In this document: in pieces, positions 9,545 to 18,283 of the stretch
Layout of the letters: every line of letters starts with the position of its first letter
Position numbering within the stretch: position 1 is the stretch's first letter
Assembly: GCA_963736005.1 (NCBI GenBank)
Contig: CAVTNB010000001.1
Location: 1,664,001-1,728,000 of the forward strand
Direction: 5' to 3'
DNA length: 64,000 bases
Origin: an uncultured Pseudomonadota bacterium
GTDB taxonomy: Bacteria; Vulcanimicrobiota; Vulcanimicrobiia; Eremiobacterales; Eremiobacteraceae
The notes under the pieces: generated by a model
Told to the model about the DNA's origin: nothing
The model's database searches: none
The model's input: the letters and a program-made list of their open reading frames with translations, nothing else
Position numbers and translations under genes: made by a program

Positions 9545-9626
9545 GTAATCGCGCGAATTGATTCGGCGTGTGTCCATGTAGTGGGCGACTGTCAAGTCGC
9601 CTGTAGTCGCGCGAATTTATTCGCGC
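9545..9626 (+). repeat. Composite REP (BIME-like) A-B-A unit, left copy
   Basis: Degenerate class A, then GTAGTGGGCGACTGTCAAGTCGCC, then GTAGTCGCGCGAATTTATTCGCGC; inverted copy at 10425-10504. Confidence 0.9.
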
Positions 9627-9776
9627 GATTTTTTCAGCTTTGTTTCAGGACCACGTTCAGCGTCGTTTCATCGCCAGGCGTTACAGTTACCCAAGCGGGT
9701 GGGGCGTTGCGCCCTGTCGCCTCGCCCGCATGAAATTTTGGACAGCGATTCCACTCGGGGCGGGAAGGACGACTCC

Positions 9777-10406
9777 GTGAATTTTAAGCCTCTTTTCAGA
9801 ATTCAGACAACCGCTTTCGCTGTGCTCGTTGCAATCGCAACTGTTGCTTTCGCCGGTTGCGGAGGGGGCGGGGGCTCGGGCACAGGCCTCGGCTGCGCGA
9901 GCTACGGCGGTGGTGGCGGCGGTGGTGGTGGAAGCTGCGTCGGCAACCCGGTGCCAAAAGCATCGCCCACGATGGATCCCTCTGCACAAGCGGTTGGCAT
10001 TCTACTTTCGGGAGAAAATCCGGTAACGGTGACGATCTACGGCGCGGTGCTCGGTTACGCCAATGGGACCCCGAGCTCGCCGAACGGTTCAAACGTCGTC
10101 AACCTCACGGCCAATCAAACCGTTCAATTCACAAACGACGAAGCGACAAGTTCTGGCGTTGCACACACCGCTTCATCTCTCGGCACTTGGAGCGGATCTT
10201 ACCCTGCGGCTGGACCGACGAGCGCTCAACAGAACGCGTCGCCCGCAGGGACGTCGCTCAGCACCGCAGGCTTCAGCTCGGGAGTCCTCAACCCTGGGCA
10301 GGTGTCAGCTGTCTACAACAGCGGAGCCTCTGGTGGAATCTATGTGTTCGGTTGCTTCTTTCACTACAACTCGAACAATATGCGCACGGTCGTGATTGTA
10401 ATGTAG
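9777..10406 (+). CDS. Cupredoxin (blue-copper)-like lipoprotein
   Basis: Lipobox FAGC, Gly-rich linker, AHT...GCFFHYNSNNM (His, Cys-x2-His-x5-Met); SD AAGGA before GTG. Confidence 0.78.
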   Translation: MNFKPLFRIQTTAFAVLVAIATVAFAGCGGGGGSGTGLGCASYGGGGGGGGGSCVGNPVPKASPTMDPSAQAVGILLSGENPVTVTIYGAVLGYANGTPSSPNGSNVVNLTANQTVQFTNDEATSSGVAHTASSLGTWSGSYPAAGPTSAQQNASPAGTSLSTAGFSSGVLNPGQVSAVYNSGASGGIYVFGCFFHYNSNNMRTVVIVM

Positions 10407-10424
10407 TCACGCGACCAAACTTGG

Positions 10425-10504
10425 GCGCGAATAAATTCGCGCGACTACAGGCGACTTGACAGTCGCCACTACATGGACACAGCCGAATAGATTCGCGCGA
10501 CTAC
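10425..10504 (-). repeat. Composite REP unit, right (inverted) copy
   Basis: Reverse complement matches 9545-9626 with 3 substitutions and 2 one-base indels. Confidence 0.9.
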
Positions 10505-10518
10505 ATTTTCTTGCGTGG

Positions 10519-11547
10519 TTAGGTGTGGGCGAGCGCGGGGAGCACCTTCGTAAAGTTGGTCGCGAGAGTGTCGTAGTCCGACGATTGATACTCTTCAATG
10601 CGTCCACTGTCACAAAGCGCAGTGAGCGATGTGTCGATGGGCAGTTGGGCAAGCAAGGGAGCTCCACTTTCAACGACGAGTTCGACACCTTTCGAAGGCC
10701 CAAAGAGCTCGTGGCGCTTACCCGTTTCGGGATCCGTGTAGTACGACATATTCTCGACAATGCCAAGGATCGATGCGTGCAGCTGTTGCACGAGCTTGAT
10801 GGCCTTGCTCACGATCATCGTCGCGAGGCCTTGTGGCGTGGTCACCAACACGACTCCGGATACCGGAAGCGCTTGCAGCACGGTTAGCGGCGCATCAGAC
10901 GTTCCGGGGGGAAGGTCTATAAACAGATAGTCGAGCTTGCCCCATTCGAGATCGGTGTAGAATTGTTGAATCGCGCGCGACACCATCGGCCCACGCCAAA
11001 TGACCGCGTCGGTTTCCTTGTCCGTCAGCAAGTTCATTGACATGATCTGAATGCCGCTTGGCGTGGCAGGCGGGTGCGGCTTGCGGTCTTCACCCTCGTA
11101 CGGTCTCGCGCTCACGCCGAAGAGCCGAGCCATGCTGGGGCCTGTGATATCAGCATCGAGAATGCCCACCCGCAGGCCTTGGCGTTGCAACGCAACGGCG
11201 AGCAAACCGGTCACCAGTGATTTTCCAACGCCGCCCTTGCCCGACATGATCGCGACGATGTGTTCGATGCCGGGCTTTTGCTGCCGCTGTGGACCGGTCG
11301 CGCTTGTCGGATGGGCTGGGCGCTCGCGCGGAGGCGGCACCGTTCCGTCGGCAATGAACCGATTGAGATCAGCGAGCAGTGCGTCGAGATCGAGGTGATG
11401 GACACCGGCGCCTTGGCGGATCGTCTCGCGCGTCGACACATGACAACCCGCACAGGGCAACCCATGCGCGCCGAACACTCGCTCGGAACCGGGGTGCTTC
11501 GATACGACTTCGCGGATTGTGATGTCGGGAGAAATCGAGGTTTGCAT
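10519..11547 (-). CDS. mrp: Mrp/NBP35 (ApbC) Fe-S carrier ATPase with N-terminal DUF1858-like domain
   Basis: SGKGGVGKS, DADITGPS, DLPPGTSD, VENMS; N-terminal GLPCAGC...ETI. Confidence 0.9.
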   Translation of the reverse strand: MQTSISPDITIREVVSKHPGSERVFGAHGLPCAGCHVSTRETIRQGAGVHHLDLDALLADLNRFIADGTVPPPRERPAHPTSATGPQRQQKPGIEHIVAIMSGKGGVGKSLVTGLLAVALQRQGLRVGILDADITGPSMARLFGVSARPYEGEDRKPHPPATPSGIQIMSMNLLTDKETDAVIWRGPMVSRAIQQFYTDLEWGKLDYLFIDLPPGTSDAPLTVLQALPVSGVVLVTTPQGLATMIVSKAIKLVQQLHASILGIVENMSYYTDPETGKRHELFGPSKGVELVVESGAPLLAQLPIDTSLTALCDSGRIEEYQSSDYDTLATNFTKVLPALAHT

Positions 11548-11601
11548 CTCTCTCTTGTTTCGCCACAAAGGACCACAAATACCGCTCACGAAGGCGTTTT
11601 T

Positions 11602-12846
11602 ATGAAGAATCATCGCGCTGCTATTGTCGCATTGAGTTTTTGTCTGCTCGCGGCATGCTCGAATGCACCGAACGGTCAAACGGGATCCAGCGGTGGTGCC
11701 CAAAGTGGCAACAACGTCATCAAGATTGGCGCGGATCTGCCGCTCTCGGGCGGCGATGCGTCCGACGGCATTCCGACTGCCAATGGCGTGAAGCTCGCAA
11801 TCATCGACGCAAATAAGCAGCACATGATTCCTGGCTACACGCTGCAGGCTAATATTCTCGACGATGCCGTCAATGGCGTCCATTCACCAAGCCAAGGCGT
11901 CAAGAACATTCAGTCGTTCGCGAGCGACAACGCGGTGCTCGGCGTCGTTGGTCCCTTCAACAGCAACGTTGCCAAAGCCGAAATCCCCCTTTCCAACAGC
12001 CTTGGGATTGCGCTGATCAGCCCGGCGAATACCAATCCGGATCTCACCAAAGGCTCGCTGGCGCAAGAACTGCGCACCACGAATCCAAATGCGATCACCT
12101 ATTTCCGGGTGTGCACGACGGACGACATTCAGGGTCCGGCTGGTGCCGACTATGCCGCACAAGTCATCAACCTTCGCCGCGCGTACGTGCTCGATGACAA
12201 CGAAACCTATGGCAGGGGTGTGGCCGATCAGTGGGCTGCCGAGTTCCAAAAAGATGGCGGGACGATCCTCGGGCACGATCACATCACCAAGGGGCAACAA
12301 GACTTTCACGCACTGCTCACCCGCGCCGCGAGCCAAAACCCAGACGTTGTTTTCTACGGCGGCACGACGTCGACGGGCGGTGGCCTAGTCCGCAAGCAAA
12401 TGGCCGACACGGGATTGGGAGCTATCCGCTACTTCGGCGCAGACGGCATTCGCAACGATCAATTTCTCACCGATGCTGGGGCCGCTGCAAATAATTCCTA
12501 CGCAACCGTTGCCTCCGTCAACGCCGACAAAATACCGGCGGCGCGCGCGTTTCTCAAAGAATACCAAGCACAATTCGGTCAGCCCGTGGGATCTTATTCC
12601 GCCGCCGGGTATGTGGCTGCGATGACGATCATCGATGCGATCGCCACTGCCATGAAGAGCAACGGCGGCAAAGTGCCGTCGCGAAGCGACGTGCTCGCGC
12701 AGCTACGCCAAGGCTTGGTGCATAAGAGCATCATCGGGGATTTTTCGTTCGACGCCAACGGCGACACAACGAACAAGGTTATTTCGACGTACGGCGTCCA
12801 AAATGGTCAGTGGGTGTTCCTGCTTCAGAAAAACTACGCCAAGTAA
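11602..12846 (+). CDS. livK: Branched-chain amino acid ABC substrate-binding lipoprotein
   Basis: Lipobox LAAC, IKIG--LPLSG, GPFNS, DD-QG, YG-GVAD. Confidence 0.9.
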   Translation: MKNHRAAIVALSFCLLAACSNAPNGQTGSSGGAQSGNNVIKIGADLPLSGGDASDGIPTANGVKLAIIDANKQHMIPGYTLQANILDDAVNGVHSPSQGVKNIQSFASDNAVLGVVGPFNSNVAKAEIPLSNSLGIALISPANTNPDLTKGSLAQELRTTNPNAITYFRVCTTDDIQGPAGADYAAQVINLRRAYVLDDNETYGRGVADQWAAEFQKDGGTILGHDHITKGQQDFHALLTRAASQNPDVVFYGGTTSTGGGLVRKQMADTGLGAIRYFGADGIRNDQFLTDAGAAANNSYATVASVNADKIPAARAFLKEYQAQFGQPVGSYSAAGYVAAMTIIDAIATAMKSNGGKVPSRSDVLAQLRQGLVHKSIIGDFSFDANGDTTNKVISTYGVQNGQWVFLLQKNYAK

Positions 12847-12858
12847 GCTAAGCTGTTC

Positions 12859-13776
12859 TTGGCGGAGCATCAGTTTTTTCAACAACTCATTAACGGCATC
12901 GCGCTGGGCGGGGTGTACGCGCTCGTCGCGCTTGGCTATACCATGGTCTACGGGATCATCGAGCTCATCAATTTTGCCCACGGTGACGTCTACACGCTGG
13001 GGACGTTTTTTTCGCTGAGCATCATCGCGCTCATTCCGATGAGCAAATTCACGGCTGGCTACGAACTCTGGCTCATCGCCTTTGTAGTGATCGTGCTGGC
13101 GGCGCTCTTGTGCGGCATCGTCGGCGTCCTCATCGAGCGACTTGCCTATCGCCGGCTGCGCAACGCACCGAGACTGGCGCCGCTGATCACGGCGATTGGG
13201 GTCTCGCTCATCCTTGAAAATGTCATGCAGCTGTGGAAGGGTCCGTCCGAGGTATCATTTCCGCAGTTTCTGCCGGACCGCATCCATACGTTCGGCGGGA
13301 TCGAGATCCACGACCACGCGCTGCTCGTCGTCTTCGTTAGCATCGCCTGCATGATCGCGCTGAACATCCTCGTCTTTCGGACCAAACTTGGAACCGCGAT
13401 GCGGGCAACCGCGCAAGACCGAGATGCCGCGCAACTGATGGGCATCAACATCAATTCGACCATTGCCTGGACCTTCTTCATCGGCGCAGCGCTTGCGGGC
13501 GTCGCCGGCTTCATCTCAGGCATGTACTACGGAACCACATTTTTTCTCAATGGTTATCAAGCCGGCCTCAAAGCGTTCACGGCAGCGGTTCTGGGCGGCA
13601 TTGGCAACGTCACAGGCGCGATGCTTGGCGGGTTCCTCATCGGCATCGTCGAGGCGATGACCTCGCAGTATATCTCGGACCAGTGGACGTCCGTTGTCGT
13701 GTTTAGCATTCTCATCCTCATTCTTGTGTTCCGCCCGAGCGGTCTCTTGGGCGAACAGTTGCCGGAGAAGGTATGA
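12859..13776 (+). CDS. livH: BCAA ABC permease
   Basis: ALGYTMVYGIIELINFAHG, KAFTAAVLGGIG. Confidence 0.95.
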   Translation: MAEHQFFQQLINGIALGGVYALVALGYTMVYGIIELINFAHGDVYTLGTFFSLSIIALIPMSKFTAGYELWLIAFVVIVLAALLCGIVGVLIERLAYRRLRNAPRLAPLITAIGVSLILENVMQLWKGPSEVSFPQFLPDRIHTFGGIEIHDHALLVVFVSIACMIALNILVFRTKLGTAMRATAQDRDAAQLMGININSTIAWTFFIGAALAGVAGFISGMYYGTTFFLNGYQAGLKAFTAAVLGGIGNVTGAMLGGFLIGIVEAMTSQYISDQWTSVVVFSILILILVFRPSGLLGEQLPEKV

Positions 13777-14822
13777 GCACGATGCGGAAAGCGGTCCCCA
13801 TCGTCATCGGGTTGGCGCTGCTTGCCGTTCCGTTCGTCGACCGCAACGCCGCGCATATTTCCGCCTACGCCGATACGGGGATGCTCGTGTTGCTTGCCTT
13901 TGGCCTCAACATCATCGTTGGCTACACCGGCCTTTTGGCGTTGGGTTTTGCCGCGTTCTTCGCCATCGGCGCGTACACGTACGGCTTTCTTGCGTCACCG
14001 CAGTTCGGAATCCACCTCAATTTTTGGCCGATGATCGCGGTCAGCGCCGGTGTTGCCGCGCTCTTCGGACTCTTGCTCGGCGCCCCAACCCTTCGCTTGC
14101 GCGGCGATTACCTCGCTATCGTGACGCTCGGCTTCGGAGAAATCGTTCCGCAAGTTCTTCAGAACCTCGATAGGTGGACTGGTGGACCAGATGGCATCGC
14201 CGGCATCGATCAGCCCAAGATCTTTGGCTACGCCTTTGGATTCAATCCAATCCCGTACTACTATCTCTACTTGGCAATCATTTTACTTGCGCTGTGGCTC
14301 ATGAATAACTTGCGGTATTCTCGCCTCGGTCGCGCGTGGATGGCCATCCGAGAAGACGAACTCGCGGCCGCTCACATGGGCATCAACACAACGGGAGCCA
14401 AGCTAGCCGCGTTTTCGTTGGGAGCGGCTCTCGCTGGCGTCGCCGGCGTGTTATTCGCGGCGAAGCTCAGCACGGTTAGTCCAAGCGGATTTGACTTCAA
14501 CACGTCCGTGATGATCCTCGCCGCGATCGTCCTCGGCGGGATGGGCAATCTGGCAGGTGTGCTCCTGGGCGCGACGATCATCGGGCTCTTGAACTTTCTC
14601 ATCTTGCCGCAAGCCAGCAACCTCGTGCAGACGCTGGGGCAATGGGTGCATCTTGCCGCCCTCCAGTCGGTCGATCTCAACCAATACCGCTTCATGCTCT
14701 ACGGGATCATCTTGGTGCTTGTCATGCTCTTCCGCCCCGAAGGGTTGCTCCCAAGCGCCGTGCGCCAAGCGGAATTGCATGCCGAGCAACCCGATGACGC
14801 ACTGCCTGAGGCAGCTTATTGA
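13773..14822 (+). CDS. livM: BCAA ABC permease
   Basis: LRLRGDYLAIVTLGFGEI, GRAWMAIREDE. Confidence 0.95.
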   Translation: MSTMRKAVPIVIGLALLAVPFVDRNAAHISAYADTGMLVLLAFGLNIIVGYTGLLALGFAAFFAIGAYTYGFLASPQFGIHLNFWPMIAVSAGVAALFGLLLGAPTLRLRGDYLAIVTLGFGEIVPQVLQNLDRWTGGPDGIAGIDQPKIFGYAFGFNPIPYYYLYLAIILLALWLMNNLRYSRLGRAWMAIREDELAAAHMGINTTGAKLAAFSLGAALAGVAGVLFAAKLSTVSPSGFDFNTSVMILAAIVLGGMGNLAGVLLGATIIGLLNFLILPQASNLVQTLGQWVHLAALQSVDLNQYRFMLYGIILVLVMLFRPEGLLPSAVRQAELHAEQPDDALPEAAY

Positions 14823-15613
14823 TGGCTCACAGCGAGCCGGCAGCGCACGTGTCGCCGCTTTTGACGCTCCGATCCGTCTCCAAGAACTTTGGCGGCCTCG
14901 CGGCTGTCAAGGACCTGTCGCTTGCGGTCGAACCAGGGCGCATCGTCAGTCTCATCGGGCCCAACGGGGCGGGCAAGTCAACGGTCTTTAACCTCATCAC
15001 TGGCATTTACACACCCAGCTCGGGGACGATCGTTTTTGAGGACCGGGTCCTCAATGGCTACCGACCCGATCTGGTCACTGCGGCTGGCATCGCACGAACG
15101 TTTCAAAACATTCGGTTGTTCTCGTTCATGACGGTGCTGGAAAACGTCATGGTTGGGCGCAATGCTCGCATGCATGCGAACCTTGCCGACAGCGCGCTGC
15201 GCACGCCGCGAGCGACCCGTGAGGATAAGACCGTCGAGCACGCCGCCATGGAGCTGCTCGAGTTTTTTGGCTTGACGCGTTATGCTACTGAGTGGGCTCG
15301 CAACTTGCCATACGGCATGCAGCGCCGCTTGGAGATGGCTCGAGCCCTAGCGAGCGAGCCGCGATTACTGCTCTTAGACGAGCCAGCCGCGGGAACCAAT
15401 CCCGCGGAGAAGCAAGCGCTCATGCGACTCGTGCAGGCGATTCGAAATCGCGGGATCACCGTGCTGCTCATCGAGCACGACATGCGACTCGTCATGGAAA
15501 TCTCAGACGAGGTCCACGTGCTCGACTACGGCGAGAAGATTGCCCAGGGCACGCCGGAAGAGGTTCGCCACAATCCGCTGGTCATCGAAGCCTACCTTGG
15601 CAAAGGCGCATGA
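14822..15613 (+). CDS. livG: BCAA ABC ATPase
   Basis: GPNGAGKS, ARTFQNIRLF, LPYG, LDEPAAG, AYLG. Confidence 0.95.
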   Translation: MAHSEPAAHVSPLLTLRSVSKNFGGLAAVKDLSLAVEPGRIVSLIGPNGAGKSTVFNLITGIYTPSSGTIVFEDRVLNGYRPDLVTAAGIARTFQNIRLFSFMTVLENVMVGRNARMHANLADSALRTPRATREDKTVEHAAMELLEFFGLTRYATEWARNLPYGMQRRLEMARALASEPRLLLLDEPAAGTNPAEKQALMRLVQAIRNRGITVLLIEHDMRLVMEISDEVHVLDYGEKIAQGTPEEVRHNPLVIEAYLGKGA

Positions 15614-16326
15614 CGGCCCCAGTCCTCTCCCTGGCGGGCGTCGAGACCTATTATGGCCGTATCTGCGCATTGCGCGGCGTGTCGCTTGAGGTCAACGCCA
15701 ATGAGATCGTCGCGCTGATCGGAGCCAATGGCGCAGGCAAGACCACGACCTTGCGTACGATCTCGGGACTGTGCAAGCCGCTGCGCGGTTCGATTACCTT
15801 ACGCGGCGAAAGCTTAGTTGGGATGCTGCCCGATGCGATCGTGCGCAAAGGGGTGATTCAGTCGCCCGAGGGCCGGCGTATTTTTCCACGACTCACCGTG
15901 AGCGAAAACCTGCGTCTTGGAGCGTACGCTCGCAGCGACGGCGGCATCGCCGCTGACCTCGAGAACGTCTTAACGCTCTTCCCTCGGCTAAAGGAGCGGC
16001 TCAAACAAAAAGGGGGCACGCTGTCGGGTGGCGAGCAGCAAATGCTCGCCATCGCGCGCGCGCTCATGGCGCGTCCGCAAGTGCTACTGCTTGACGAGCC
16101 TTCACTGGGTCTGTCGCCAATTTTGGTCGATACGATATTTTCGGTCATTGCTGATGTGAACAAGCGCGGGGTGCCGATTTTGCTCATCGAGCAAAACGCA
16201 CGCAAGGCGCTGCAGGTCGCCGCGCGCGGATACGTCATGGAAACCGGATCGATCGTCAAGAGCGGGCTCGCGTCAGCGCTGCTCGCAGACGACGATGTTC
16301 GCAAAGCCTACCTCGGCGAAGAATAA
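15610..16326 (+). CDS. livF: BCAA ABC ATPase
   Basis: GANGAGKTT, PEGRRIF, LSGGEQQM, DEPSLGL. Confidence 0.95.
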   Translation: MTAPVLSLAGVETYYGRICALRGVSLEVNANEIVALIGANGAGKTTTLRTISGLCKPLRGSITLRGESLVGMLPDAIVRKGVIQSPEGRRIFPRLTVSENLRLGAYARSDGGIAADLENVLTLFPRLKERLKQKGGTLSGGEQQMLAIARALMARPQVLLLDEPSLGLSPILVDTIFSVIADVNKRGVPILLIEQNARKALQVAARGYVMETGSIVKSGLASALLADDDVRKAYLGEE

Positions 16327-16327
16327 T

Positions 16328-16381
16328 GTAGTCTCGCGAATTTATTCGCGAGCCTCTAGGGGGCGATTGGAAAATCGCCCC
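16328..16381 (+). repeat. REP pair (class A plus class B variant)
   Basis: gtagtctcgcgaatttattcgcga and ctagggggcgattggaaaatcgcccc, between convergent stops. Confidence 0.85.
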
Positions 16382-16383
16382 TC

Positions 16384-17406
16384 TCAGGTGCTCGAGCTTG
16401 GTGCCGGCGATGGCGACGGTGATGCTTGCACAAGCTTCATGACGTAATCGTTGTCCGCCGCCCCATAGGAGATCCACACGTTGTGCGTGGTCGGGTCAAC
16501 GGCAACGGTGTGCGCATGGCGGGGGACCGTCACGTCTCCTAAGGATTCTGCGCCGGTGTCGGTTTCTTGAACGACCGACAGTAGACCGGTTCCGCTCGCA
16601 CAGTAAATCCTTTTGGTTCCCGGATCGAAGTCAATCTGGTCGACGCCCGGGGCGATAGCGACAACCGCGATCACCGATCCTGAAGTCGTATCCATAACCG
16701 CAAGTTTGCCGTTGCCGCCGGCCGTAAACAGGCGGTGCGTCGCGCCGTCGACGGCGAGACCGCGAAGCTGATGTGCGGGCGCGGCGGGCCAGGAGGCAAC
16801 AACGGCATTGGTCTTTGGATCGATCACCGCGACGACGTTTGTCGAGACGACATTTTGATAAATGCGATCCGAAACGGGATCGTAGACGACAAATTCGAGA
16901 TCGCCGCCGATCGTAATATTGGTCAGGATCTTTCTCGTCTGACCGTCAATCACCACCACTTGACCGGTGTCGGCGCGGTCTGCATACAGCGCGTCCGATT
17001 TCGAATCGAAGGCAACTGCGTCGATCGTTCCGCCCATGGGAATTTGATTTTGCTTCACCATGAACTTGCGCTGGATATCGACGACCATTGATGGTCTTCC
17101 GGTTCCGATATAATAGCGGCCATCCTTGACGTCCAGGGCAATGCCGTGCGCCTCACCGACGTCCACCTGTCGTGCCACCGTCTCGGTTGTCAGATCGATG
17201 ATGTCGAGTGTGCGGCTCCCGCTGTGGGAGACGAGCAGACGGCGATATTTGTCGTCTACTTCCATATAGTCGAAGAACCCAGGCACGCGCGGCACCACAA
17301 TGGGGACTTGCGGCGTGAGGCTGGCTGTATCAGCAAGTGACGACACGCAAAACGCCCCTAAGAAGATAGCAATGGCCCATCCGAGCAAGAGAGAGTTTCG
17401 CAGCAT
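16384..17406 (-). CDS. Secreted YncE-like beta-propeller protein
   Basis: Signal peptide; repeated 'VIDxxT--V' and 'AxDP' blades. Confidence 0.8.
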   Translation of the reverse strand: MLRNSLLLGWAIAIFLGAFCVSSLADTASLTPQVPIVVPRVPGFFDYMEVDDKYRRLLVSHSGSRTLDIIDLTTETVARQVDVGEAHGIALDVKDGRYYIGTGRPSMVVDIQRKFMVKQNQIPMGGTIDAVAFDSKSDALYADRADTGQVVVIDGQTRKILTNITIGGDLEFVVYDPVSDRIYQNVVSTNVVAVIDPKTNAVVASWPAAPAHQLRGLAVDGATHRLFTAGGNGKLAVMDTTSGSVIAVVAIAPGVDQIDFDPGTKRIYCASGTGLLSVVQETDTGAESLGDVTVPRHAHTVAVDPTTHNVWISYGAADNDYVMKLVQASPSPSPAPSSST

Positions 17407-17416
17407 GGTGGCCTTC

Positions 17417-18259
17417 CTAACCAATCTTCGAGGCGACGCCGACACCATCGCCAACCGGGATGATGGTTGCGAGGAACTGGGGATGGGCGAGCAGTTCTTC
17501 ATTGAAGCGCCGAATCGCTTTGATGGCGGGGGCGTCGGCATCGCTCGGCGGCAACGCGGCCCTGTGCCCCCATAAGAGGTTGTCTGCAAGGAGCATCCCT
17601 GATTTTTTCAGGAGCGGCACGCTCAAACGCAGGTAGTCGCAGTATTCTTCCTTGACCGCATCGATAAAAACGACGTCAAAGTGTTCCTTTGGCAGGCTGG
17701 GCAGCACCTCGAGCGCCGGTTGGTTTCGAATGTCGATGCGATCATCTACCCCGGCTTGTTTGAAGTAACGCTGGGCGATGGCGGTACGATCGCGATCGGG
17801 GTCGATCGTGAGGATCTTGCCACCCGGTCGGAGCGCCCGTGCCATCCACACGGTCGAATAGCCGTACGCGGTGCCGATTTCCAAAATGTTTTCAGCCTGC
17901 TTAGCGGCGACCACGACCGACAAGAGCCGACCCGTTTCCCGATCGACGATAGGAACTTTTTCGGCGCGGCCGCTCTGCTCGAGCTCGGCCATCACCGGAT
18001 CGAGGGAGCCATTGATTCGGTCGAGGTAGTCGAGGTCACGCTCGAAGGCCGAGTCCATCCCAGCTTCGTCGGCTGTTGCCGCACGGGTGAGGTCCTCGAC
18101 CAGATCTCCCGCTCTTCGCGCTGATTTCACGATTGATTCAAATGCCGCGCGAGATGCGTGCTTATCGCCATCCCGCCGGGCCTGCAGATCGGCGGTTGCC
18201 AGGATCGCGCCTAAGGCGCTATTGAGGTCGTGGGCATGGGTTCGAACGTCTTGCCTCAT
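17417..18259 (-). CDS. SAM-dependent O-methyltransferase with an N-terminal HisKA-like segment
   Basis: LEIGTAYGYS, FDVVFIDA, ADNLLW-G, PVGDG; N-terminal AHDLNSALGAI. Confidence 0.85.
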   Translation of the reverse strand: MRQDVRTHAHDLNSALGAILATADLQARRDGDKHASRAAFESIVKSARRAGDLVEDLTRAATADEAGMDSAFERDLDYLDRINGSLDPVMAELEQSGRAEKVPIVDRETGRLLSVVVAAKQAENILEIGTAYGYSTVWMARALRPGGKILTIDPDRDRTAIAQRYFKQAGVDDRIDIRNQPALEVLPSLPKEHFDVVFIDAVKEEYCDYLRLSVPLLKKSGMLLADNLLWGHRAALPPSDADAPAIKAIRRFNEELLAHPQFLATIIPVGDGVGVASKIG

Positions 18260-18283
18260 CGTGTGTCCATTTCAATGGGCGAT

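Noticed and set aside
9859..9932. GGC/GGT triplet run as a microsatellite or phase-variable tract
   Set aside because: Mixed codons encoding a Gly linker after the lipobox
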